Part shown: in pieces, positions 34,222 to 45,610 of the stretch
Position numbering within the stretch: position 1 is the stretch's first letter
Layout: each line of letters starts with the position of its first letter
NCBI GenBank assembly: GCA_965153285.1
Contig: OZ229121.1
Length of the DNA stretch: 64,000 nt
Source: Podarcis tiliguerta
Taxonomy: Eukaryota
Strand: one strand, 5' to 3'
Program-made: the position numbers and the translations under genes
The notes under the pieces: model-generated
Database searches by the model: none
What the model saw: only the letters and a program-made list of their open reading frames with translations
What the model was told of the DNA's origin: nothing

Positions 34222-34609
34222 ACCTATAGCAATAGGCAACATGGAACAGCATGCCCAGGTTAATGAATAAAACTCTGAAACCATTTTAGAATGACTGTAC
34301 AGCAACCAACTTTTGTTCCACCAGCAGCTACTGGTAAGAAAGACCCAGATTCGGGGATGGGGTGGGGAATTATGACTAGGCTCTCAGAAGTCGATCTCTG
34401 CTTTATACCCACAACATAAACCAAGTTTCCTTTTTTATATGCCACAAATTCACTTGAGGAGTATTCTGTATGATTCTGTTTGCCACCAAAGTCTCCAGTT
34501 GAGGCTTCTGTCCTCTCTTCCTGCTGCATTTCCCAAGAACTGACACCCAAGTCTCAGCTGTGCGGTGTATTTCGTGCAGACCTGTTCTTTCCCCTACTTG
34601 GGAGGCCAA

Positions 34610-34767
34610 TCACTGCTGTTCAGGAGTTAGCCCAATTATGAAATCATCAGGCAAGGATTCTGGCAGTATCTGTGCCAACTGATCATCGTAAGATCGGAGC
34701 GTCCACAGCTTTTCCAGTTCATAGATTTCGCGTGTCTCTGGCAACATGAAATGGATCACAATATTAC
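34610..34767 (-). CDS. MALSU1: MALSU1 exon 4 (coding part)
   Basis: [51 protein letters not shown]. Confidence 0.94.
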
Positions 34768-37700
34768 CTGTGAGGATGAGAAGAGTCACAGTAAGCAACA
34801 GTGAATTTGGTCTATATGGTTCTCCTACAGATAAGTGTGTTTTGAGTTGGACATATCCCCACTAAAACTTCTAATCAACCCACCAGCTAAGCATCTCACC
34901 GGCTTGCTGTAATTGGGGATGAACTGATGTTAGAACTCCCTTTTCCCTGCCCTCTTTTGCACACGAGAAGAGCAATATAAAATCTTCCACTTAACCAAAT
35001 CACAATTTCCTGTTACATGTAAACTCGAGAACCATTTTACTTAATTTAAAGCAGTTTAGTCCATAAGCTAAGAGGAAACTTGTCAAAAGTGGCAGCTGTT
35101 GGTATTCCTCCCCCAGTTACTTGCTTGCTCATCCCTGCTCCCCATGGACCTGGGTGGTGGTTGTAATGAACAAATCCAGCAGGTTATTGTCAACGGCCCC
35201 CCTGCATGTGAGCCCTTGGCAGGTGCCTGACCATACCAGCTCTCAACACTGGCCTGCTTTCAGTCTATGAACACACAAGGACTGGTGGAATGGGAAGAGG
35301 GGAGTGTAAGAACCTGAATCCTGCCACAACGTCCTCTTCCTCTACAGTTCCAAACTATAGTTTAAGATTGAATCAAGCCACCCCTTGAATTCATTTCCCC
35401 TTAAATAAGGGCAGGAAACAGACTTTTCCCTCCTACTGAAAAGGGATTTAAATGCTTTAATTCTCATTAAAGTAAACCGATATATTTTTGATCTTCAGGG
35501 GAAGGTATCATGCTTATGTAGCATATCTGTAGCAATGCAGCTTGGAAGGGTGTTTACTGCAGCTCAGGCTCTGAGTACTTTACAAAAGCCCAGAATACTA
35601 CTGGGCACTGAGCTAAAATGTTTTCAGCCGCACATAGGCTGGGTTGAGACAGTAGTATACAACAATCCTGCAATGTAGTTCACTGCTACAGCACCAGAAT
35701 TTAAGTACTTAGTATCCAAGCCAGAACAACTCGCAAAACTGGCACATGCCTTCTTTAGGGTCAGAAAGCAGGGTATTAATATCTGTGTTAACAAATTATG
35801 CACCACTGTATGTTTGGGTGCAAGAAGCCACTTCTATCCAAATGCATTCTGATAGTTTGTAGTTATACCCAGGACGTTCTCAAGCTCCGGTCTTACTCTT
35901 CATTACTAGAAACAAAATGATTTACCAAAATCTATGCAAATCCAATCTTCGCTATCTTTCCCTTCAATTACAACATGGGGATCCCAGTCTGTCCTCAAAT
36001 GCTTGTACTGAAACAGAAAACAAGTCAGTGTAAAAAGTCACATTCATGGGCAAGAGACCTGTAGTTATTAAACCCATTAAATGGTTGCTGCCACTCACAA
36101 GTGTGGTATGCTATACATCGCCCTCATACAACATTGGCAGTAAACGAGACCTATGTCACAATTATTGTTTTAATGTTTGATGTTTTACTATGTTTTTACA
36201 TATGCTGTAAGCCACCTAGAGTGGCTGGGGTAACCCAGCCAGATGAGCGGGGTATAAATAATAAAAAGCATCGTTTATTTTATTAGGTTATTTGGCTTCT
36301 GCCATTTTATTTCATTTATTATATTTCTGTGCTGCTTTTCACTCTCACAAGTCACAAAGTGGCATACATACAATAAATAAGAACATAGTAGAACATCACA
36401 ATTGCAACATAAACTACATTAAATAATAAAACAACTACCTTCTACAAAACACTATTAACAAAACATAAAAAATAGATTAAACAGCACAACCACACAAAAA
36501 GTCATGTTATAAAATTTGCAAAGCATTACAACACTCATAACCCACAAAATATTAACATTAACAAGCAAAAACAAAACAAGCACTGCTGAATTCACGCTCG
36601 CCGCCCCCATGACCTGAACTGAGAAGACTACATCAAAACACAGTCACAGAATGGCCATGGTAGCAACTTCCTTCTGAAAGCTCCGAGGGCTGGAGGATAG
36701 GTCAAGACAGGTGGAACAAGCTCTTCCCTGATGGCCAGCATAGAGTCCCATTCCTCTCCTAGCTCCTCCTCTGGAAACAGTTCCCTTATGAAGGCTGGAG
36801 GGTGGGGAAAGGTAGGTGGAAAAAGCTCTTGCCTGGCCATTCCCTTGCTAGCCCTGAAAAGTAACTATTTGAGAGCAGCATGGTGCCACTTATGGCAAGG
36901 AGCTGCAGTCCAGCAACATGGTGAACCAGAGGTCCCCCATCTATGGGATAAATCGTGCCTTTTCCTCCAGCCTTTCCCATATTCCTCAAATTTCCTGTTG
37001 GGGCACCTTTTTTCCTGGAATCCCACTCTTGGTTGAAGCCAATTCATCTCCTTTGTAATTCAGAAATCTTTGGTATACTCAGGGCCTTATATTTTATTAT
37101 CTACTATTTTCCCCCTAATGGGCAAATTTGCAAGTATACTTTGTATACACCCAGCCATAACTGTTAATAAGCTTCTCCAAGCTAAGAAGAGTGCAGAGTA
37201 GTTGACTTACCATTTTGACCAGGTACTGAGCCATGGCATGGAGGTGCCTGGGAGATGTCCCACTGACAATTATAAAATAATGGCTGTATTTCAGTTCTGG
37301 AGGCAACTCAATAACGCAAATGTCCTTGGCATTTTCTTGTCTCAGAAGCGATACCATGTGGTCGATGCTGAATACTGAAGAGACATGATCTGAAAGAGGC
37401 AACAGAATGATAAAAATGAAACAGTGTAGAAAAGAAAAAAAGAAAGACTATTGCAGGAATGCAAGGGGTGCAAGCATTCCTGGGGTTAGTTCCTTATTTG
37501 CAAACTATGGTTTACAAAGAGCGCCTCTGTTCACTCTGGACTAGGATTTTGGAATATGCCGTTCCACTATTTGGTTTGCCAAACTCAAACTGAATTATAA
37601 TCTCCAACCCATTTCCATTCTGTGGCAATTTTTAAATTTGACACCAGTGTGTAAGAGAAACTTTCACAAGTGGCATCTCACACATGCTGCATGTTTTCTG

Positions 37701-39724
37701 TCTGGATGCAATTATGGTGCGTTCATACTACACACAAATACACACACAGTGGCTATGGCCCAGTTTAAACAAGATACTGAACACAGGGAATGCTGCATGG
37801 GAACACCACATAAATACCATTTTTCTTACTGCATATCACTTTTAAATGAGTCACATTTGAAGAAGAGAAAAGCAGCCAAGCACACCTGCCTTATCCTTTC
37901 AAACTGCATAAAAAATCCGGGGGGGGGGGGGATGTAGAAATCTCTGGAAAGAGTTAACTGCTTAATATTCTGAAGGGACTAATTGAGGTAATCAGTGAGG
38001 TGACCCAAATAATGAATAATCCCCAAAAGATTTTATTTACAATTTAGCTCAATGTGTTGTGTGTTACCAACAAGAGCAGTTGACGGTTCACTACTGAAAC
38101 TAAGCAATTGAGATCCCTCATTGCCTGTGGGCAAAGGTACCCCAGGCTGAAAGCAAGAGACATGCTATTGTTTCACAGTTTAAACTTTCCCGCCACCCCT
38201 TGAAACTTGTGATTGCTTAAATTACAACTTTTTTGAATTTTATTCTGGAATGGAATTTGCCCTCTCAAGTTGCACTCCTGCTCTCAGTCCCTTCTCTTCC
38301 ATTGTTAGACCAATGTCCCAGGTTACGTATACTACCCTCTTTCCTTCAAATAAATCTGGGTTGACTTGCTTCTATTCTAACAGAGGTTTAATAGACGGAA
38401 AGCAGCTTTTCATGAAATGGCGCTAAACCTAGTGTGGATCAAGCTACAGGTCCTGGTAATATACATCACCTTTGGGGTGTCAGCTAAAACTCAGTGCCCC
38501 CTGAGCTTGCAAGGATCTGAAAGCTCACTGAAGAGGAGGACCTTTTGAAAGCGAAGTCTGGTGAGCTATGATGCTTTTGGATCTGCTCTCTGGTGGCAGA
38601 GGAAAGCATCTCCTCCCTTGCCATTGGCCTTGCTGGCTGGGGCTTTTAGATGTGGTCCACAACGTCTGGAGGGCACCAAGTTGGACATGGCTCCTCTACT
38701 TGTACACAAGTATGGAAGCCGTTGGCCTCTCCTTCTGCACTAGCTATGGGGAGAACATTTGAAAATATTACATGCTTTGACCTATTTACTGTAGTTCTCT
38801 TGATTTTTTTAATGAGCTTGTGGTTTACATATATATATTCCTACAATAAAATTAAATATGCATAGTCTCTAGGGGTATTAATGGAGCATAGCCACCACTT
38901 CCCCGAAAAGGGTGGATATCAAAGGCTTTAGAACAGTGTCCCTCCAGATCTTTTCGGACTACAACTCCCATCAGGCCTGACCACTGGCTGGGGCTGATGG
39001 GGTTGGAGCTCAACAGCATCTGGAGGGCCATGCATGTTCTCCACCCGTGATGTAGCAGGAAGTCCACACTGCAGTTTCTACAAACTCTTCTTAGGGCAAC
39101 AGCATCATGCTGCACTGCAAGGGGTTGGACTAGATGTCCCTCAGGTCCCCTTCCAACTCTATGAAAGGAGGACCCATCCGCATCGCACGTCGAAAAGCTT
39201 AGTAGAGTTGCCCCTTCAGAAGGCCAGTCGTTCTGGCCCTTGATCATAGGAGAACAGCTTGCACCGCCAAAACTAGCCGTGCTTCCAACGCACCGATGCC
39301 CACACGAACAGGCAGCGGCGCTCCAAGGTTTTTCCCGAGCTCTGCCTGGAGATTGCAGGGGCTGAATCCCGGGACCTTTCGCTCCCTGACCCTGCACCAC
39401 CGCGCGAGGAGGTTACAGCTCTTCAAGGCCCACCTGCCTGCCCCGACCCCGCTACTTACCAGACGCACCCGCGGCCTCTCCGGCACCGGAGCCAATGCGC
39501 TGCTCTTGCCCGGCTGCCCCGTCTTCTTGCAAGCCGTGCTCCACCTCTGCATCCCGCAGCTCCGGGCTGCCCGCCGCGCTGAATCTCCGCAACCCCAGCG
39601 AGCCCGCGTACGACGGAACACGGGGAGCCGCCGCCTCACGCAACCCGCTGCTTCCTCCTCCTCCCGCGGCTTGCCAAGACCTCAGCCTCAGCAGCGCCCG
39701 CAAGCAGCGGCTGCTCCGCCACAT
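34610..39724 (-). CDS. MALSU1: MALSU1 (C7orf30), mitochondrial large-subunit assembly factor, RsfS/Iojap family; 4 exons, 227 aa
   Basis: Exons 39724-39460, 37389-37211, 36007-35926 and 34767-34610 total 684 nt in frame. Arg/Ser/Leu-rich mitochondrial-type presequence [17 protein letters not shown]. RsfS motifs [41 protein letters not shown]. All introns GT-AG. Confidence 0.95.
35926..36007 (-). CDS. MALSU1: MALSU1 exon 3
   Basis: [28 protein letters not shown]; 82 nt; ag/gt boundaries. Confidence 0.93.
37211..37389 (-). CDS. MALSU1: MALSU1 exon 2
   Basis: [60 protein letters not shown]; ag/gt boundaries; 179 nt. Confidence 0.94.
38933..39050. mobile_element. Diverged palindromic MITE (further copies at ~46981-47120 and ~21480-21570)
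   Basis: CCCTCCAGAT..GACTACAACTCCCATCA ... GATGGG..CATCTGGAGGG. Confidence 0.6.
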
Positions 39725-40050
39725 GGTGGGCCGTCGGTTCCCGAGGAGGAGCCCCGACGTTCCGCGGATGGAACTTGCGAACACTCAACGTTCCAAATGG
39801 AATCTCTCCGGGAAACTCCCCCTCTCCTCGGCGCGCAGGCTGACGCGAGTGCCGACGCCGCTGCCGATTGGCCGCGCGCTTCTTCACGTGAAAGCTGGGG
39901 GGCGGTGAGCGCAGGCGCACAAGCTTTTCGGGAAGCCACTCCAGGAGTAGCGGGGGTGAGACTGAGCTTTCGGAGCGCTTTTCTTTCGCCACGGCGCGGC
40001 GCGCTCCTTCCCGAGAACCTGCACCGTTTTCGCCCTGCCCTGGAGACTGT
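39170..40050 (-). promoter_or_regulatory. CpG island / housekeeping promoter of MALSU1
   Basis: Only strongly CpG-rich non-TE stretch in the window. Upstream of the ATG: CCAAT on - (39867-39871), TCACGTGA E-box (39884-39891), GC box (39897-39905), NRF1-like GCGCAGGCGCA (39909-39919). Confidence 0.85.
39460..39724 (-). CDS. MALSU1: MALSU1 exon 1 (coding part)
   Basis: ATG at 39724-39722; donor tctg|gtaagt. Confidence 0.88.
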
Positions 40051-41737
40051 GGAACAGTTGATGGAAAACACAAGCCAGCTAAGAAAGTTTGGTGGCTGCC
40101 CTGAAGACCAACGATGTAGCTGATGAAATGGACTTCAGCCCACAAAACTTTGTGCCCTCATCAACTTGCTGGTCTTAATGGGGCTTAACGAGACTCTCGG
40201 CTTAGCCTTGGAAATCGAGGATTTTTAAAAAATTATTTTATTTTAAATGCAAAATCATAACAAAAATTACAAACATTGAATCCAAAATAATACTATACAA
40301 ACAAAAAAGGAAAACAGAACATACAAAAAAAGAAAACAAAACAAAAAAATACATCTACAAATAAAACCATATCATCATTCTAATCTAGTCAATACATACA
40401 TATACACATATTGACTTCCTTCCTTTGTTCTAAGGCCTCAAAATTTTTACTCTTACTGTATTGTTGTGTCTAATGTAGATTACTTCCATCTTTGTACTTT
40501 TTTACACGATTTTTCTTTTTCTTTAACCCTGTAAAGCATCATTCATTACATACCAATATGCTTACTCCAGAACAATGTTTTTTCATATACTCTTTAGCAC
40601 ATCCCCATTCTTTTAATAATTTATGAAATCAAGTTTCTTAAGGCTCTTAATCTCAGGGTCGTGAGTTAGAGCTCCAACTCTAATTCTGTGATTTTCAGGT
40701 GAAGGAAGTGGACTCCTTGCAAGCCATAAAATCAGGCTGCACAAAGAGTGCAGATATCTCATTCTAAGTACTGGAACCACTACCTGGCCGGGTACCCTAA
40801 GGACCAACTTTTTCCATTCGTTCCTTCTGATAATCTCCAGTCATCATCCAATACCTTGCTCTAAAATGTGAGAGGAGCCCTGCTGGATATAGCCCAGCAT
40901 CCTGAGCTCACAGTGGCCAACATAATGCTTATGGGAAGCCTGAGAGTAGGACATGAGCACAAGGGCCATGTTTTTATTGTGTAGCACGCACCTATATACA
41001 ACTAAGTCACATGTTCAAGGCTGAGGTGTTAACTGGTCATAATGGAATAAGGAATAAAGTAATAAAACCCAGGTGCACAATTTTTGAAAATCCAAAAGAG
41101 GAAATTTCCATTTTGCAGAGCACTATTTTCAAGCTTAAATTTTCCATAAAGAACTTTAGATACATGATAATTTTACGATGCTAACACTGTATTGAGTTAT
41201 GTCAACCCACACGCAACTCCCAGCGGAGGATAAAACCTCATAACAACTGATTCATTTCCAGTATCTTTAGAGGGGTAGCCCTCTTAAGCCTGCTGCAGCT
41301 CCAGCAACAATAAAGCTTGTGACATTTATTTTTACAATGTTTTATTGGTTTCTATGATAAAATGGCATTTATCAACTCCAATAAAAGCAGTAAGGTGTTC
41401 CATGCGTATATCAGTCATGTGGGGTGTGTGGAATTGAGCAGGGACATTGTTAAAGAACTGAATCATTGAATGCATTGCCAGGGCTTCAACTATCTGTGAC
41501 ATAGCGTGTCTATAAGTAAGTGTGAGCGATATGAGGTTCAATATTAACAGCACTCCTGTTTACACACAGCTGATATATGGGAATCAAAATCACCCTGATT
41601 CTTTTGGCCTCTAACAACACTTCTCTATTGTGTTAAATGCACAGAAGGAGCCAGATCCCAAACTTTCCCTTGCCATCCCCACCAGAGGATCATTCCAATG
41701 GGAAGCAACCTATGAACATGCAGTGAGCAGCATGGTA

Positions 41738-42085
41738 AGGTAAAGGGATGCCTGACCATTAGGTCCAGTCGTGGACGACTCTGGGGTTGCAGCGCTCATC
41801 TCGATTTATTGGCCGAGGGAGCCGGCACACAGCTTCCGGGTCATGTGGCCAGCATGACTAAGCCGCTTCTGGCGAACCAGAGCAGTGCACCGAGACGCCA
41901 TTTACCTTCCCACCAGAGCGGTACCTATTTATCTACTTGCACTTGACGTGTTTTCGAACTGCTAGGTGGGCAGGAGCTGGGACCGAACAATGGGAGCTCA
42001 CCCCATCGCGGGGATTCAAACCGCTGACCTTCTGATCAGCAAGTCCTAGGCTCTGTGGTTTAACCCACAGTGCCACCCGCGTCCC
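41738..42085 (-). mobile_element. Full-length Sauria SINE with 14-bp TSD
   Basis: Minus strand reads GGGACGCGGGTGGCACTGTGGGTTAAACCACAGAGCC ... CCCTTTACCT; TSD TGAGCAGCATGGTA at 41724-41737 and 42086-42099. Confidence 0.92.
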
Positions 42086-42174
42086 TGAGCAGCATGGTAC
42101 CTTATGTTAATGGGTGGGGGAGAGTCAAGTGACAAAAAGGCTGGAGTAGGACTTGTGGCACCTGATACCAACAT

Positions 42175-42255
42175 ATCTCAGTTGGTAGAGAATAAGACTC
42201 TTAATCTCAGGGTTGTGAGTTCGAGCCCCACACTGGGCAAAAGATTCCTGCATTT
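42175..42255 (+). mobile_element. tRNA-Lys(CTT)-derived SINE head (not a functional tRNA); shorter remnant at ~40643-40675
   Basis: CTCAGTTGGTAGAG..GACTCTTAATCTCAGGGTTGTGAGTTCGAGCCCCACACTGGGC, then AAAAGATTCCTGCATT; the 5' strand of the acceptor stem is missing. Confidence 0.7.
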
Positions 42256-45200
42256 GTAGCCCATGAAGAGGCCCTATGTAGAGAATAGAAGTCCTTTGAT
42301 ATGTATATTACTTCTTCCCCATTGAGGGGGGGGGAGCAAAAGAAGTCACAAAAGCAGATTGTCTTCAGACAGGGATTGATATAGAGCATTTTGGTCTTGG
42401 AAAATATAGCAAAGGACTTTAATAAAATCAGAACAATATATTAGATAAAATCAATACCTTTATTGAGAGTTGCAAGAGGAAAAGACAGAAAACATACATT
42501 TCTCTTTGCAAGGAACCTGTAAGATTTTGCAAGGATCTCCATAGACTAAAATATCAACAATACTACATTTCTAAGTCGTGCCAGGAAATGGTAGGTTATA
42601 AAAGACAGAACCCAAACTACAATAGTGTAGCTTTCTACTCCAACTTAACAGAGTTGCAATAAGTGGGGCAAATCATTCTTATTATTTCTTGTCTCAGACT
42701 GAAATAGTGATGTTTCAGTGTAAGGCAAGACACATTCAACTTACAATTTCTTCCATGACATTAAAACTATAATTTTTACACTTCCCCCTCTTCCTAGCCT
42801 TTTGTATAAAAGTATGTGCACTTCTACAAGATAGAAAAATAAAAGTTGATAATACTAATTCATACTTCCAAAGCTTTAAAATATACTTATCCTGTAACGC
42901 TTGTAGACCCATCATACTATATTAAGACTCCACACTTACCAGGGAGTATGCCCCATTTAACTAAGTGAGACTTCTGATCTGAGCAGACATACAGGAGTGC
43001 ACTGTATGTGACATTTTAATTTCAGTGGGGCTACCTCTGTTTAGAACCACCATTGGGTCATGCAGACTTTACACAGCTAAACCGTCCTTTGCAATACTGA
43101 AGATTTATTGAACAACATTCAGGTAAACATTCGTCCAGCATTCCAGTTCCGTGCCATTAGTAATTTAGGAGCAGTAATACTTAACACTTCTGCATGCGTT
43201 ATCTAGCTGCATTTTGAACAACAACCTTGTAAGCCACTATATTGCTTCAAGCTACTTAATGAGTTCATTGCAAAAGAGATGGTGCAAACTAGGGTCTTCC
43301 AGATTCACAGCTCAGTCTCTTGCCACTATGCTGCACCTACTAGTTAGTAAAAGATGTTCACACCAGTGTGGTGGCATACGAGTCATGTGCTGCAAAACAG
43401 CAGTTGTGTGGGATGAAAACAATAATGCACCATTGTTAACCTTAAATTGCCTGCATGACTATACTCTTAAGATCACATCACATCCACAGTGCCATGATAA
43501 CTACACCGTTGTTAAAGTTACAGGAGAACTGTGCTTCTTTGCTTCTAGAGCTCACTGTGCCTATTCCTGCAGGGAAACCATTGCTATCAAAGAGGACTCT
43601 ATCTTGCCTATATCATAAACACCACTGCAAAGATTAAACTGGTTGGGAACAGGTGCTGTGAGGCAGTGCAAAGTGATTGCCTCCAACTTTGGGTGCTATG
43701 GCCATGTTTTTAACACCTGGAAAAACTGTGAGATGGGAAAGGGAAGGGGGAAAGGACACATATTTTTGGTCCTCCTTTCTTCCTCCCTGTCCCATCTCAA
43801 TGATTTACAGAGAAGAGGGGAAGCAGACAAAGGAATAAAGAAAAGGCTTTCCTCCTTCATTCTATCCTGAAGTTCCCAAATCCTTCAACAACCTTTGTGT
43901 GCTCCCTTCATCCCAATAGTTGAGATGAGGGCTTGGCCTCAGATATAAAATGTCTTCAGCAGCTCTGTGTGGACATGAGTGGAGCAAAGTATTCTACCCA
44001 ATCTGCAGGATCAGGCAGATACGTAAGCAGCCAAATAACTGTGAATCAAAATAAAGCAGATTTATACTGAACAGATTTAATCAAAAGCCCTTTGTGCATT
44101 TTCCAGAAAGGCAGGCAGATAGTTCCACATAATTTTCTTTAGTGGAATAATCTGTAAGATGCAGAAAGTTCTGAAGCCAATCATATAAATTTATATAGTT
44201 GGCTTCAGAACTTCCTGCATTATAAATGGCATATTGCAAAACAGTATTTCATAAATCCTACTGTGCCTATTGTGCTACCCTCCTTGCTGTAGTTTTCAGC
44301 CAAATATATTGCTTATTTTCAAAGTCTGTGTATTTCCAGCATTGCTAAACTCAGATTATGTAGTACTAGAATCAACTTGTCCTGTGTGCTAGTGTGAGTT
44401 TTCCAGCTTGATGGATAGCATAACATAATTACTGCATAAAAGCAAGCAGCACCAGGGAAGCCTTGCTTTGTCCTCTGGTTTCAGACTGAAATCGTGCAAA
44501 TATATCTTTGTGCTAGGGCGCATTTCTAAGAGAACCTCTCACACTTTCCACTAAGTGCTTTGCCATGAAACCACAGGGATTCAGGAAAGCTGTCTAGTAA
44601 AAAAACACACCATAGAGACGTGTAGGATCACTCCATGTCAACACCACATGGCATATTCTGCTGAGCAGAGAAGTGGGGACTAGTGTGGCCTAAAGACCTA
44701 GGAGCATGTAGACTACTCAAAAACAGTCCCACCCAAACACATCCCAAGGGAGCGGAGCCATGGATATTTCAGTGCACATTGCCTGCTGCTCCTTTGGGTG
44801 CAGAATGTAGATCCTGCTCTCATATAGTTCAAGTATAAGGAATATAGTAGGCAGAGGAAACAGAACCAAGAGTAGTCATGTAACTGCAAGTTGCTCAACT
44901 GGTGCAGAGTATATTGGGTATGTCTACTATACGTCCGAAGCCATTGGGTAAGTGATGCTACATCATTTCTTAGGTACCTATTATAATTTTCAAAGCAGCC
45001 ACATTATCACTAATTAGGGAACTAGGGAAATTCCAATTCAACATCATGATCCTCTGCATGTTTACCCCAAAGCAAGCTCCCTCAAGTTTGGTGGGACTTG
45101 ACTTGCTAGGATTTCAGCCTAAGCTCAAATTCTTTGGAGAAAATCTTTCTGCCAAGAAGACACTTAGCAATACTTAGGAGAAGTAACTAGTCTAGGAAAC

Positions 45201-45456
45201 CGTATCAACCTTAAATGATTTATTAGCTAATATACCGCAGCAGATCCAAGAACATAAGCAAGCAAAATGTATGATCAATTTCTTCATGAGATGTCATTTT
45301 AACCTTCTAAGACAAGTCAACACAACACCAGCCATTCTATTGTACTGCAAGCTTACCACATAAATCCTGATTTTAACACTTAGGTATTCTTCCATTGAAT
45401 GACAGTTCAATGCAAATCCCCAAATGCATACAAATATAAGTGATTATACTGAAGAG

Positions 45457-45610
45457 TTAAACAATTCCTGGCTTATTTTTCAGCAGAGGATGTTTCTCAT
45501 TGTTTGCCGGGAAGAGGACAGCCTTGACATTGTTGAAATAAACACTCAGTCCTTCGTTACTGGCCTCGTCTCCAGTTTTTCTTTCAATAGGCTTGTATTC
45601 TTTATATCTC
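45457..45610 (-). CDS. GPNMB: GPNMB last coding exon (cytoplasmic tail)
   Basis: RYKEYKPIERKTGDEASNEGLSVYFNNVKAVLFPANNEKHPLLKNKPGIV*; AATAAA on - at 45224-45219. Confidence 0.93.

Noticed and set aside
39296-40123. 275-aa + strand ORF and several overlapping ORFs across MALSU1 exon 1
   Set aside because: Low-complexity Arg/Ala/Pro-rich translation expected from a stop-poor CpG island; no recognisable domain.
42175-42245. Possible tRNA-Lys(CTT) gene
   Set aside because: The 5' acceptor strand is absent, stems carry mismatches and it runs into a SINE body, so it is a SINE head.
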